Shown piece after piece: positions 1 to 15,155 of a stretch of 64,000 nucleotides of DNA. Position 1 is the first letter of the stretch, and each line of letters begins with the position of its first letter. The notes below the pieces were generated by a model. The model was given only the letters and a program-made list of their open reading frames with translations, searched no databases and was not told where the DNA came from. The DNA lies in the NCBI RefSeq assembly GCF_009914755.1, contig NC_060936.1; one strand, written 5' to 3'. A program made the translations under genes and the position numbers. This DNA comes from the human T2T-CHM13v2.0 reference genome, Homo sapiens.

Positions 1-461
1 GAACAGTTGCATTCTTCGATTCTTGGTTATGGAAGGCACTACCACCTCCAGAACCACTGGTCTACAGCACAACTGAGCAAGTCCATGGAGCCGTCTTGCC
101 GGTGGGCACTAACATAATGATCATGGGTGGTATTTTTCAAACAAACATAAGCCAATTAATTTGCTTCATGGAAGATACCTAGAAATTATGTAGAACAACT
201 TCTTCCTTTTACAAAAGAGAAAATTAAAGTTCAGAAGAGGAAAGCAATTGGCCTAAGGTCACACAGCTAGATGGCGCCAGGACTGTTATTCAGACTTCCG
301 CTCCTAAGTCAGAGCTCTTTCCAATACAAGTGACTATTATATCTCCAGGTGAATATTGTAATATCTCCTAGGCAATTGTCCTATTGCTAACCTCCACTTC
401 CTATCTTTTCCATATCTCTTTAAATGTCATAAAAAGTGACATTTAACCCTGTTGTTCACAG

Positions 462-590
462 CTCTATGTAAATGAGGCTCCAATAAACTACACCAATGTA
501 GCCACTGATAAGGGAGTGATCCATGGCTTGGGAAAAGTTCTGGAAATTCAGAAGAACAGATGTGATAATAATGACACTACTATTATACGA
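462..590 (+). CDS. STAB2: STAB2 exon w1 (129 nt, phase 0-0): [10 protein letters not shown]...NDTTIIR, end of FAS1
   Basis: cacag|CTCTAT ... ATACGA|gtaagt. Confidence 0.95.
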
Positions 591-1871
591 GTAAGTTCTA
601 TGGGCCAGAGCCAGTGATGGAACTAATGAATATTGGCTTTTTTTTATATAATTTTGGGGGCATAAGGCTTTTCTATTAAGGTGTATCAATTCAGTCCATA
701 AACCACTGAATGAGTATCTTTGATGTGCCAAGGAGCATACCAGGCTGTGGTTCTACAAAGATACATAAGACATGACCCCTGCCCTCAGTGGGCTTGTGAT
801 CTAGTGCAAGAGGTTGTACCTTGTGTGCCTGGGAAAGGCTGCCAGGTGTGTGGGGATGGTGGGGGGGAGTGGTGTGCTGTGTTGGGCAGGATTTTGGACC
901 ATGGCTTTCTTCAAAGGGAAAATGTGCCATATCTAGGACAGGCACAGGGTAGGAACCATGGTGCCCCTATGGCAGTTATGGGCCAAGCCTGCTCTACCAG
1001 TAGAGAAAATAAGGAAATGAATGATTTCAGTGTATTATGGAATATGATAATGGAGGCTTTTCATGCCAATTCATGGGGCTATGTAGGACCTTTCAACAAT
1101 AATTATAACCACTGACGTTTATCGGACACTCGTTATATGCCGGGCACTGCTCTAAACATTTTACATGCACTAACCTGTGTAATCCTCACAATACTCTACC
1201 AAGTAGGTACTATTACTATCCCCATTTTACAGATGGGAAAAGTGAGCCAGAGAGGTTAACTAATACATGCAGGTTCATACACTACCAAGTGGCAGAGAAG
1301 GGGTTTAAATGTAGGCAGCCTGGCCCAGAACTGGAACCCTGAACAACCACATTATCCTGTCTGGTAGGCTTAAGGTTCAGAACTAGACACATTGACCACC
1401 TCCTGTTTTAGGAACAGGTTGAGCTTGAGGGTTTCTGTCATTGTGAACTTTTACTCTTTGTTTTGTAATAGCATGTATTATCTCTGGGGCATCTCCATGC
1501 TGAACCCCTCATCTTAGCAATGTGCTCCGAAGCTGGGCACTGGGTACAGTAACTTGTGAGTTTCTGAATCTGGCCCAATTCACTTAATAGTTGGTTTTTA
1601 ATAAATAAAAGTTATTGTTAAAGAATTTGGACTTAAATGAGATAAGGTCACACTTTAAAGAGTTAGCAGAGTCAGAAGAGTGTTTTGGAGAAAAGTGATG
1701 CAAATGTGCAAGACCCAGAGGAGTTGAAGTGTTTGTCTCAGAACATTAAAGAGGCTGCCCAGATAATCTGCCTTGATTTTTAATTCAAAAACCTTCATTT
1801 CCAAGTTCTGGACATGCAGCTTCATTTTGTATTAAAGTTAATTACATTGATTGCTTTTGTGTTTTACCAAG

Positions 1872-1928
1872 GGAAGATGTAGGACATGCTCCTCAGAGCT
1901 GACCTGCCCATTCGGAACTAAATCTCTA
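1872..1928 (+). CDS. STAB2: STAB2 exon w2 (57 nt, 0-0): [19 protein letters not shown]
   Basis: ccaag|GGAAGA ... TCTCTA|gtaagt. Confidence 0.93.
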
Positions 1929-2945
1929 GTAAGTACTTTGTCTGTTTTGATAAAATAGTTTCCAGATCCGAGGAGTCCCAATTAGAAAATGAACCTCAAG
2001 ATTATGTGATTTGCACTTCCCTCATTCCTTCACTTAATTTGAATTACACTTTACCTCGTTATATTATATGCATCTTTGTAAAATCTTACATCTATTTTTT
2101 TGGACCAAGGCAAAATTTAATAAACATAAATGGGTTCATATGAATCAACAGACAGGACAGAAATTTTTTATGCTCTACGTCTTTCATATCCTAGTAGCCA
2201 GTTGAGGACCGCAGCAAGAAATCTTGTCAGAGAAGAGAGATTCCATATCCAAAACCATATCCAGCCTGGATATATTCCACCTGCCTGATTTCCTTTTATA
2301 GTTGAAGTTGCAACTAACTTTCTCAAAGAAACAGATGGCAGGTACGGGGGAGGTAGACAATCCATGTTTCTTGTTGCTATTTATTGTAAAAGATACTTCT
2401 GATTACATTACAAAGAATACTCATGTACCTTCAACAGCATAATAGTTTTTACTAAATATATGATAATTTTTAATTTATGATAAATTTTAATCTATAACAA
2501 CCATACAGATGTTCTCATTTGAGGTTTAATTTAATCTTGTATATTATAATCTTTGTATGCAGCCTTAATCCTTTCCTGGACCAAAGCAGACTATAAATCA
2601 ATAGAAACCAAAGTTCAGTTGAGTCAATGTACGGTGCTGGAAGGACATTTTTACCTGGTTTACTCTACAATTCTTGCAAACTTAAGTTGGTATTCTAAAG
2701 AAATGTTCTTTTCATGGAGTACTACTTTAAAGTATAATTATTGGATTTTGCCACCTGGCATTCCGGCAACCAACATTGTGTTTTCATGTTTTCTTGCTTA
2801 AGAAGCAGTGCCAACAAGCCACCACCTTCTCTTCCCACAACACTTTAGTCAGAGAGACAGCAATGCATCACCCACCTACTTGCTTTCGGAGACTGGAAAA
2901 CTTTTTCCTAACTTAGGAGCTGACGTAGTCATTAATATTTCACAG

Positions 2946-3041
2946 GGTAATGAGAAGAGGAGATGCATCTATACCTCCTATTTCATGGGAAGACGAACCC
3001 TGTTTATTGGGTGCCAGCCAAAATGTGTGAGAACCGTCATT
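2946..3041 (+). CDS. STAB2: STAB2 exon w3 (96 nt, 0-0): GNEKRRCIY...CVRTVI
   Basis: cacag|GGTAAT ... GTCATT|gtgagt; inside ORF 2808..3068. Confidence 0.95.
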
Positions 3042-4105
3042 GTGAGTACAATAATTGAATCATACTAACTACTGCAGCACCATTGGGAAAATCCATCATA
3101 TGGTATCCTTTTCAAAATCCCTGTGCAGGTATGCTTTCTGCCATCTCCTCTTCCTTGTTACCTGCATTATCATTGTCATCCAATGTAGTAGTGGTAGCAG
3201 TAAAGCTCAGAACAGCTCTGTAATCCAGAAAATGGGTAAAAGCTGCAATTCAATTCAGTTTCATGATGAAAAAAACTGAGAGTCCGAGAGGCTAATGGGA
3301 CCACCCTGTTCTCACAACAGGGTAGCTCTGTGAGCATGCTTGTAAGCAAAAGAGAGAAAGTGTCCACTCACATTGTGAAGATAAGGTGCACTTGGTCATT
3401 TAGAAAACAGGACCCCAAGGCTAACTACCTCTAGTGGTGCCTTTGGAATTTGCAGGAAAAGTCATGAGAACTTCCTGTGCTGCTCCTTTCCCAGATGACT
3501 AGACATAACCTCTGCCTAGCTGGGCAGAGGTGGGGTGATCTGGCCCTTAGGCTGCAGAGCATAGGGGTGGGGGAGATTTTGTGTTTTAATGCACTCAAGA
3601 ATAAAGGCAAGGCAAACCCAAGCAGACACCCTACGGGGCTTCCCTGAACTGCAAAAGATTGGTTTGTAAAATGCCAAAAGCCTCACCTGCAGAGGCCTCC
3701 TCACCTTCAGTAGTAGACGAAATAACATCGATGTGAAGGGGCCCAGATCTGGGTTGGAGACGGCCCCTTGGTCCTCCCACTCTCCAGCATCACAGGCATT
3801 ATTCTTTAGTTTCTTCTGCTGCCCCTCCTCCTTTCTCATTTTTCTTCATCCTCTTCTCTGACATGCCTTTTTCCTTTCCCTCTTTCCTACCTCCTTAGTG
3901 GAGCCCTTGGTCCTGTTCCTAGCACCCCTAGAAATTGCCAAGCCTCACCCAGTCCCCAGAGGGTCCTGCCCCCACCCCTCACCCACTCCATGTGAGGTCG
4001 AAGAAACAGGTGCACAAGAAGTCACCCACAGCAGGATTTCTACACCGAGGCTGGACAACACCAGAGGATAGAAGTGCGTTGTCAAGCTTTGTCCTTCTGT
4101 TTCAG

Positions 4106-4301
4106 ACGAGAGAATGCTGTGCCGGCTTCTTTGGCCCCCAATGCCAGCCCTGTCCAGGGAATGCCCAGAATGTCTGCTTTGGTAATGGCATCTGTTTGGA
4201 TGGAGTGAATGGCACAGGTGTGTGTGAGTGTGGGGAGGGCTTCAGCGGCACAGCCTGCGAGACCTGCACCGAGGGCAAGTACGGCATCCACTGTGACCAA
4301 G
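4106..4301 (+). CDS. STAB2: STAB2 exon w4 (196 nt, 0-1): [10 protein letters not shown]...GIHCDQ, laminin-type EGF
   Basis: ttcag|ACGAGA ... CAAG|gtgagc; inside ORF 3935..4372. Confidence 0.96.
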
Positions 4302-5754
4302 GTGAGCACCGTCCTCTCCACAGAGGATCTTGGGCTGCTGAAACCAACCAGGAATATGCAGGGAAAGAGTGATCCCACACGTGCTCTCTAGCTGGCCTGT
4401 CGCCCCAAGTGGGCTGGAATCCCACCTGCTACTATCACTGTGAATTATAAGAGCATCTGTGTTGTCATTTGCATTTGCAGTGTTCCCAAACATTTTCAGT
4501 CTCTAACTTGAACCTACCAACTCACTTCCAATTTGCTCATTGACATTCCCAGCCCAAATGCGTTTTTATATTTGCCTATGCACACTAATCATCACGGCTA
4601 AACTTTCCATTGTGGACATTGCTTGATAGTTTGAAAAACAGATTTGCACATGTTATTCATTTAATCCACACAGGAACCTTAGGTACATGAGTATTGCTAT
4701 GCCCATTTTACAGATGAGGGTAGTAAGGCAAAGAGGTTGAATGACTTCCCCCAAGGCTACACCTGATGAGAGGCAGAACTGAGAACTGAATGTACACCTT
4801 TCTTGACTCCAAAGCTTGCTTTTAGATCATGCTGTTCTTTACCTGAGGGTTGCTCTATTGTTTCACCAGCAGCAAGACACATGCTTTAAGTAGTTTTTGC
4901 AAAAACAATGATCTGTTTGAGCCAAGTCATCTGTATTCTCACATCCAGATTTCCTTGTGTCCAGGAACACACAGCTGTGAGAGTGTTGACTCCAGAGTTT
5001 GGGTTTCCTAACAAAGCATTATTCTACCTAGTACTAAAAACCATACAGTTCACTTGGCTATCACTGTTTTCTCCTCAGCTGGTCTAAGCCAGACAAAATT
5101 AATGTACAATTGAATCATTATAATTGGGCCATATAATATTTACTTGGAATTACAGTGTTGATTTTTTCCCATGTTATTTGGAGTAATTATCTGCTTGCAT
5201 TTGTGCATGAGTTCCTAAAATGGGATTTGTAGATGACCCTGATGGGATTCAGCAAACCGCTAAAGCTGAATACATTTTTCTGGGGAAGGCATCTGTAGCT
5301 TTCATCAAGTTCTCAGAGACTCATCTGTGTAATTGAGGAAGCAGTGCCACACCAGGCTTATACAAACCCAGTGTCAAATGGGCTTCTTCCTGAAGTCCAT
5401 TCTTAAGGGGCAAACGTGGTTCCAATCAAAGGAGCCCTGCATAACCCTGGATCCTCAGGTAACCTTGACTGAGGACACTCTCACACTGCTTGGGTCACAG
5501 ATCTTCAGTGCTACACTGTCTCAAAACTGCAGTCTGAGCCACTTCATTGAAGCTAGAGCTAGTTCACCTGTGAACTTGCTAGATTCTGTCTCCTGCACCC
5601 CTGCCCTTTTTGTGATTCAAGACCCCTGTTAAAGACTATGATTCCTAGAAGTAGGTTGGAGAATTAAGTGCAATAAAGCAAACCTAGTAAATGACAAATG
5701 AGTTATTGAACATGGGTTAGAATCTGACGATTTGCAGGTGATTTTCCCACTTAG

Positions 5755-5850
5755 CATGTTCTTGTGTCCATGGGAGATGCAACCAAGGACCCTTGGGAGA
5801 TGGCTCCTGTGACTGTGATGTTGGCTGGCGAGGAGTGCATTGTGACAATG
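5755..5850 (+). CDS. STAB2: STAB2 exon w5 (96 nt, 1-1): [11 protein letters not shown]...VHCDN, EGF-like
   Basis: cttag|CATGTT ... AATG|gtaaga. Confidence 0.95.
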
Positions 5851-8784
5851 GTAAGAGTGAGGCCTCCAGTATTTATAATCTGCTCTAAGCTTTGCTTCTC
5901 AGCAGCTACATTTTTCTTTCTAAAATATAAATGACACCTTTTTTTACTTCTTCTGGCAATAAACATGATTCTTTCTTGCAGCAAAAAGTTTGTAAAATAA
6001 AGAAAAGCAGAAAGAAGAAAATAAAATCACTCATAACCTCAAGGCAGGAAAGAACTATTACTGATATTTTATATTAGGCTACCAACCTTTTTCTAGGTAT
6101 ATAAGCAAATGTGTAGGGAATCACACTTTACATATTGTCTAGTAACCTACTTTTCCACTTCACAATATATATATAGATATCTTTCCCTGTGATTAAAATA
6201 GAAAAATATTAATTTGTAATCTCCACAAAATGTTACAGTATGACCATGCTACACTTTTTTGAACCAATTTTCTGCTCTCTCAAACACTGCTACAATAACC
6301 ATATTCATTTAGTCAAATTCCTAGAGATGAGATTTCTGAGTCAGGGGATGGCACTCTGGGGGAAAGGTCTTGCTACTTATTGCCAGGTTGTCCTCCGGAG
6401 GAAATAGCAATTTATTCTCCTGCCAATAGTGTCTGAGAGGCCCATTTCCTTCAATCCGACCACATCACATTGATTTTTCTTAATGTGCTTCAGGTGAGGG
6501 CGGTCAAAGAGAAGGGAATTTCAGGCAGAAAGAAGCACCTGGAATACCACAACGACATGGGAAAGCTCAACACATTTAGGGAATCAAAGGATTGCAGAAT
6601 GAGAGGACTTTAAGGGCAAAGAGGAGGGTTGATGAGAAAAGGCAGGAGCAGTGGGCAGGCGCCGGGCCGTGAAACGCTAAGGAGGTTGGACTTCTCACTA
6701 AAGGCAACAGGAAGCCATTAAAGAGTTTTCAACAAGGGAGCAATATGATCGTATTTGGCACTTAAGAAAAATCATTCAGACTTTGGATTGAAGAGAATAC
6801 CCCTGGAAGCAGGTATCAGAGACTCCCCCTCTTCCGGGTTGGGAGCTGGGGAGGAGATCACAAGTGATTGCTAGCCTAGTGGGGGCTCCATGGATGTGGC
6901 ATTGACAGAGGGGGCGTCTTTGCCCAAAGCTCCAGGCAATGCAAAAATCAAGGGAATGCAGTTGCCTTTTAATGGTCAGCAACAAGGGGTCAGGGAGGAA
7001 GGTTAGTTGAAAAGCTGAATTGGGAAGTCTGAATGGTCCCAAGCCAAAGAAATATCCCAGAGCAGATGTCAAATGTCAGGGTACAGAGCCAGGCTTCTGA
7101 GAGCCTGGGAGAGGGAAGCAGGAAGCAATGGGGTCACATAAACAGTAGGACATTTTCGGTGAATCCCCAGAATAAATACAATAGGCTCTCTCCTCTTCTT
7201 GCTTTCTCTACTCTGAAGAAAGACCCCACCACCCATGCACCTGGTCACCCAATCTAGGAACCTCCCTACTCAGCTTCCATACCTCCTTGTCCCTCACTAA
7301 CATACCTAACATATTCCATGTCTCCACATCTCTCAATCCATCTCTTCCTCCTGCTCCCCTCTCACCAGTAGCCTTGTGGTCTCTTTGTTTCCTGTCCTAT
7401 CTTCCTCCACTCCGTACTCCCCACTACTGCCAGATAGAACTTACCAAAACATAGATCGTGTTTTTCACCCCAGCTCCTCCCCAGAACTTGACAAATTGCT
7501 GTGGTTCTTCATTGCCTACAGAAGAAAGTCCTAACTCCTTAGCAGGGTGGAGCACAAAGACTCTTCACCAATGAACACTCACCCAGTTTTCCAGACTTAT
7601 CTCCCATCCCTGTCTCCAGTGCACATTCTACACAGGAAGTTTCCAGTCTAGAAAAGGAAATAAATGTTTAGTAAAAGGAAAAATTGTGGTATGGAGTACA
7701 AAGCAAAGAGCCTGTAGACTATAACAAAGAAGACAACTCCTTTGTGTGCAAACTCCTCGCTCCTAAGTCCACAGCAGACATCACTAATCAATCATGACAC
7801 TCCCTCCCTCTGTGACCAGCCAGGGGCACCCAACCCTTCTCAAAGTAGCACACCATTAAGCTGCTACCAATTAATTGAAGTTGGCTCAAAGGTTTAGAGC
7901 AGGTTCCAGAGAAAAGGACATAAAACATGATTGAAATGCCAATAGGTAGAGAATAGAGAGAAAGGGATTGTTTAGGCTCAAGGAATAAGATACAGGCACA
8001 AAATTGCCTCCATTCCAGCCCATTTGAGTCTAAATTCCCTCCGACACAAAACAGACCACTTTTGCAGGCCTCTGTTTCAGGACCTCCTGTATGACTCAGC
8101 CAGGATTGGTAAGATTTCTATCCCAAAAGCTCTTAACATGAGCATCCTATCCAAGAGTATTCTTCCCTCATCTCTAATGATTTACTTCTGGATCTTGTCC
8201 TGTCAAGAAATAGGTAGGCATCCAAGAGCAATAACCTATGCTGTGTCCAGGAAATTTACATATTAATTCAACAAATATTGTGTACCTGCTGTGTGCAAAG
8301 CCCTGATTTTCTGCACATGCAAAAAAATCTTTTATAATTATAGTTTTGCTTGTTTACAGCACTCCATAATAAAATGATGAAAACCGGGAATAAAGTTAGG
8401 AATAAACTAGAAAGAATAGCATAGGAAATACAAATAAAAGTAGAAAATCAAAACCCAGAAGAGGGGTACACATCAACACCCAGACCATAAGAGCACATGG
8501 TCACATTCCAGGGAGAATTCTGTGTTTTATTCACTCTTGCATCCTCACTGCCTAGCACAGGGCCTGGCAAACAGAAGACACCATCAATGTATTTGACCTT
8601 CAGATTTGGCTTTGAGCTTCATGGCAGCCAGTATAAAAAAGGATTGACATGACCTCATAGTTTTATATCGCTCACATGATACATATCACTTCCAAAGAAG
8701 TAGCTTTTCTGAGCACAAAATACTAAAAATCCTCAGGTGAGATTTAGTAAGAGGGCTAAGACAGCAACTGGTTCTCTTTTTCAG

Positions 8785-8830
8785 CAACCACAGAAGACAA
8801 CTGCAATGGGACATGCCATACCAGCGCCAA
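8785..8830 (+). CDS. STAB2: STAB2 exon w6 (46 nt, 1-2): ATTEDNCNGTCHTSAN
   Basis: tttcag|CAACCA ... GCCAA|gtaggt; required to keep frame between w5 and w7. Confidence 0.93.
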
Positions 8831-9680
8831 GTAGGTAGCCCTGGGCCACCTCTGGGGACAGTGTAAAGGGGATTTTTTCCCAATATTGTCTACCCTAGTC
8901 TCTATCCTCAGGGGATTTGTTTCCTGACACCATTTCTGAGGGCTTAGGATAAACTTGAGTATGAAACTAAAAATATCTCTGAAGAGGCCACTATCAAATA
9001 GCCAGATCCAGGCTTTCTAACAAGCTGCCATCTGACTTACCTGGCACATTGACGAAAATGCCCACTGTTACCCCAGTCCAAGCTACCAGGACTCATGGAG
9101 ACTGAGGAAACCCAGTGGGCCTCAGTTTCCATAAACCTTGTTCCTGACTCACAGCAAGTCATAACTTGGCTTCATAATGCTAACTCCCAGAGAGGCTTAA
9201 TGAATTAAGTACCTAGTAGTGGAGTTAGACATGAATTCAAAGTCAGCCTCTGTTATTTGCACTACCACATGATCTTGAGTCCAACGTTGAATCCCTCCAA
9301 AGCCTCAGATTCTTCATTTGTAAATGGGAATAATCCGACTTGCCAGGGCTATTGGATAGTGAGTAGATGACACAAAATAATACATGAAACATGGCTCCTA
9401 GCACATCAGTGGCTCTCTAAAGCTTGGCAGCTACCCATCTTATTCCTGAACTGACACCTATATCTATGCACGCTGTAGTTTGCCTGATAAATGAGTACAG
9501 TTTTAGCTGCTTGTGGTGGGGTTATGCCAGAATTAGACTCTTCTCCCAAGCCTTAGGCAGGACTTATGAGTGTCTCATGGGGGCAGGGGCCAGGATACTG
9601 AGGGTGAAGGGCATTTGTGAGTCATGTGGTGGGAGGTGGAGTATTTTTCTACAAACCCCATTTGTCCTTCCTTGTTGCAG

Positions 9681-9757
9681 CTGCCTCACCAACTCAGATG
9701 GTACAGCTTCATGCAAGTGTGCAGCAGGATTCCAAGGAAACGGGACCATCTGCACAG
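9681..9757 (+). CDS. STAB2: STAB2 exon w7 (77 nt, 2-1): [13 protein letters not shown]...TICT; GC donor
   Basis: ttgcag|CTGCCT ... ACAG|gcaagc (non-canonical GC 5' splice site). Confidence 0.92.
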
Positions 9758-9994
9758 GCAAGCGAAGGAAGGAATTTGCTGGGGGGGCTGGCAAGGCTTG
9801 CACAGGCTATTGAGAGGTTCTTGTTCCTGCAGTCTGAATGGGCCTCAGCAGCTGGTGCCAACCACTGATGGTGAATTGTATGTAATGGGGCAGTTGATTG
9901 TGCCTGGGGACAGGAAACCAACTGTTCACAGCCTTGACCACAATTGGGATCACCTGGGAAGCTTTAAAAAACAGTGATTTGTGTTGAGAACCCA

Positions 9995-10110
9995 CATAAT
10001 GATCGATGTTTCAGATGATGGATATGCTAATTACCCTCATCTATACATTATGACAGCATTACTATATACCCTAGAAATATGTCCAATTATGTGTCCATTA
10101 AAAAAGAATT
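9995..10110 (+). mobile_element. L1M 3'-terminal fragment inside a MER5-like hAT remnant
   Basis: gatgatggatatgctaattaccct...ataccctagaaatatg...attaaaaaa resembles an L1MA 3' end. Confidence 0.5.
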
Positions 10111-10956
10111 TAACTCACTGATTTGATTGGCCTAGGGTATGGCTGGAGCATCGAGGGTCTGGAGCAGACTAAAAAAGAATTTGAGCCCTGGTTCTTCCTC
10201 CAACTACCCAGGTGGCCTTGGATAGCTCATTTGTAAAGTAAACTTAAAACTACCTCCCTTGCAGAGTGGTTTTGAGGTTAAGTGAGCTCTCTGTGTTCAA
10301 TGGCAGAATAATGCAGCTGTTGAAAACTCAGGTCAACTTAGACTCCCCAGGTTTGAACCTAAATACTTATTACTTACATTACCTTGGGAAAGTTTCTTGA
10401 CTGCTCTTTGCATTATTATTTTTATCTGCAACTTGGGGATAATAAGAAGACCTCCCTCACTGAGTTGGACAATAACCTGAATTAATACCTGTGAAGTGCT
10501 TAGAACAGACCCAGCACATAGAATTCAATAAATGCAAGCTAATATTCTTATGGTGTCTGGTGCTAGAAAAAATGGAAAATCTTAAGGTCATTTTTCTCTT
10601 GAGCACTGTGTCCTGGCAGGCTTTGGTCCAGATTGTGGCAGCACTGGACAATGATCATGCCAATCTGCTTTCTAGACCATCTTACCCTGGGGATTCTCCC
10701 AGAGGGCCAAGTAGACTCACCTTCATCCCCAGGTGTGTCCTGCAGTAGGATGTGTACAGAATGCTAATAAAAGCAGCTAGAAAGGGCAAATCACAGATGT
10801 TTTACTTGCTCTCTGTTTTTGGGAATTGGCCATATTTAATCCAGTGCCTGCTCAAGTAGTTTTGCAGTATGTTCCATTTCTCAATGACTTGAGGAAAAAT
10901 ACATCAATGGCTTTTGCCCTTCCCTCTCCCCTTCTGCTCTGTGTCATCTTCTATAG

Positions 10957-11082
10957 CAATCAATGCCTGTGAGATCAGCAATGGAGGTTGCTCTGCCAAG
11001 GCTGACTGTAAGAGAACCACCCCAGGAAGGCGAGTGTGCACGTGCAAAGCAGGCTACACGGGTGATGGCATTGTGTGCCTGG
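10957..11082 (+). CDS. STAB2: STAB2 exon w8 (126 nt, 1-1): [12 protein letters not shown]...GIVCL, EGF-like
   Basis: ctatag|CAATCA ... CTGG|gtaggt. Confidence 0.96.
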
Positions 11083-11639
11083 GTAGGTGTCCTTCCCTCT
11101 TCCATCGGCGAAATGGTATAAGAGTCATAGCCCTATTAAATGATTCCAACGTGTGTGCCCTGATTATCAGGACACAAAACTGAGGTCAGTATTCCATTTG
11201 CCAGGGCAGGAAAGTATAAGGGCATGGAAAAGTGACCACAGGGTATGAAGGCATGTCATGTCCAAAAATTACTTCGGAAGGGTAAAAGGAGATACATTTT
11301 CCAATTAAACATCATGGCGATGACAGAACATTTAAACTTTTATTAGTTCCTTTTTATACAAGTAGCACATGCTCACTGTAGAAAAAGAAAGCACATGTAC
11401 TGGAGAAAATACTCTGAAGATAGTGCTCTTATTATTGTCATTACCCCATTTTGCTATGCCTACATGTATTTTTTTTTAACAAAAATGGTATCTCAGGATA
11501 TACAGCATTTACTATGCTTAGCAATATATCAAAGTAACTCTCCCTGAAAACAAGTATACCTCTAACATTATTTAAATATCCACACACTGTTCTACTATAA
11601 AGGTATGCCATAGTAAGTTGTCTGAATTTAACTGTTTAG

Positions 11640-12800
<1,161 letters not shown>

Positions 12801-13128
12801 TCATTCATAGCAGTCTTAGATTAGACTCCAAGATTCTATGGTTTCAAGTACTTTGCTACAAATGCTCAAATTTATTCCACGGACTGATTTAAGCCAGTAG
12901 ACAATCCCTCTGCTGGAACTGGCCTATCCCAGAATAGTCAATCTTAAGAAACCATATACAGTACCCTCCTAGTTCAGTTATTTCTGTCTCAGAACTTCCA
13001 GAAAACTGAATCATGCTTTGACACCCGCTCCCTTCAGTCAGTTAGCCATCTTAGCTCATCCCTCAAGCTGGCTTCACTTGGAAACCAGACTGGATTTCCA
13101 GGCCAGATGTTGGCTTTTTGTTTTAAAG

Positions 13129-13202
13129 AAATCAACCCGTGTTTGGAGAACCATGGTGGCTGTGACAAGAATGCGGAGTGCACACAGACAGGACCCAACC
13201 AG
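13129..13202 (+). CDS. STAB2: STAB2 exon w9 (74 nt, 1-0): [12 protein letters not shown]...TGPNQ
   Basis: ttaaag|AAATCA ... AACCAG|gtgagt. Confidence 0.95.
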
Positions 13203-15083
13203 GTGAGTGCCACCTCTCCCAGGCCCTTAGGTTTCCTAAAAGGGAACTCCTAGGTCTTTAGACACAGGCCTGAGAGAAAGAGGCTGAGAACGGACCTCTA
13301 AAGAGCTGCAGCTGAAAATAAATACTTTAGGGGAAATTCTGAAAGAATCAAGAGGCCCTTCTTTGGGAATGAGGTGAAATGGGGGAAAACCAAGGGTACT
13401 AGGACAAGGGGCTTCCCTAGAGTGCGGAGAAGTAGGTATCTGCAAATACCATGTGATTCCAGAAGCATCTAGACAGTCCCCTAAAATACTCCACTTTCTT
13501 TCAGCATTCTGATGCCCAGAATCCCACACTTTATCTTTGGCTTAAGGCTCTGAAGCACATGTGCCATGGTGGAAGATAATACTGTGGGCACTCTACCAGT
13601 CACATGGCCCTGAGTACCATGAGCTTGCAGCATCTGTCTGGAGAGCAGGCTGGGGGAGGTGGGGAAAACATGAGAGCAACCGCATCAGAGAATGGGGGTC
13701 ACAGGGTGGAAAGATACAGGCAGGGAAGCTGGAGGCCTGGAGACCCAAGTTCGGCCTTCCTCAGTTTCTGCCACATGGTGAACAAGCAAAATGGCCAGAC
13801 AGGAAATCACATATATCCAAAATTGGATGACAAAGTGAAGTCACCAGTGAATGCTCTATTGACCTAGTTGAGCCATCTGGAGACCTCAGTGCCAGGTCTC
13901 TCAATGGGCAGATCAAGCAAGTACCTAAAGTACGCAAAAATAAGGAAAAAAAATTGTCTTGAAAGAACTGTGTGAGCACACATGCACATGTGTGTGGACA
14001 CATTTAGTCATGGGGGAATTCGGAACAGTCAATGCTGAGCTTTCTTAGACATCTTTTGAGGTTTGGTAGTTTTTATTTCAAACTACATATGAGGTAGGAG
14101 ATAATCTATAAACTTTTTGGTGCTTGGGACCTCCAAGGGTGCCCATCCAGTCCTAGGGGGCAGTAAAGGAGGATGTGGAGTTGAACTTTGAGAACAAGAC
14201 GTTAGCTGAGGAGGGACAGCTGGTGATGTCTTGGGAAAGGTTTGCACTGATATTGGGGCCCATTGTGAAGAAAGAGGAAGAGAAACGGGAAAACCTGCCC
14301 GTGTAGCCCTAGCTGGCACCAATGATGACTTAAAGTTCTAAGAAGCAGACGTCAACCCAGGGCCCTTGCTGCTACATAGGAGGCCCTTGTGTGAGTTAGA
14401 AAAGCTGCCTCCTGGGAGGGCACAGTGGGAGCAGGTGTCTCTTCCTTTGGGGACATCAGTGAATAGAGTGTGAGCTGGGCTTCAGCCCAGTGGCCGGGTG
14501 CTCCTGCGCAGACATGGGACATGGGACCTTGTCCCCAGCTTCTTCAGACAGTGTCCCCTCCCTCAACTTGAAGCTTCCACCCAACTTCCTGGGCCAACCA
14601 ATGGGTTTGATAGATTGTTTCCATGTGCACACCTCAGTGGGCTATAAAGGTCTCTCCTTAGCATCTCCTAGCACTGGTGCCTTTCAGCTCAGCATGGGCG
14701 CAGATGAGCAAGATATGAGTATGAATGAGAGTGGGATATAGTTGGGCTTCTTCTCAACTGACCTTTACCAATCAAAGAAAAGAGGTGAATACCTGAAGGC
14801 AAGGGACCAAATGGAGTGAGAACATTAAAAAGAAAAAAAACGGTATCTTAGCAACAAAGATAGGATGTGCATGAGATCCCAGTGCTCAAGTGAAGTGTGT
14901 CAAGTGCTAAAATATTAAACATAGGGTGACAATTATCATTATAAAATAGATATTACCAACGTCAAATAGAGACTCTCCTAACATTACCATGACCATGATG
15001 GAGTTCAGGTCTGAGAGCCAGACCATGCGGCCAGTACAGAACCCACCTGCAAAATGACCCCATGTGCTTCTACTCCTGGACAG

Positions 15084-15155
15084 GCTGCCTGTAACTGTTT
15101 GCCAGCATACACTGGAGATGGAAAGGTCTGCACACTCATCAATGTCTGCTTAACT
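15084..15155 (+). CDS. STAB2: STAB2 exon w10 (72 nt, 0-0): [24 protein letters not shown]
   Basis: gacag|GCTGCC ... TTAACT|gtgagt. Confidence 0.95.

Noticed and set aside
851-875. G-rich runs (also ~21305-21330) as G-quadruplexes
   Set aside because: They have fewer than four clean G3 tracts with short loops, and no contextual support.
5731-5754. Upstream tttgcag acceptor before w5
   Set aside because: It would add 17 nt, shift the frame and break the EGF; the ttag at 5754 gives the correct protein.
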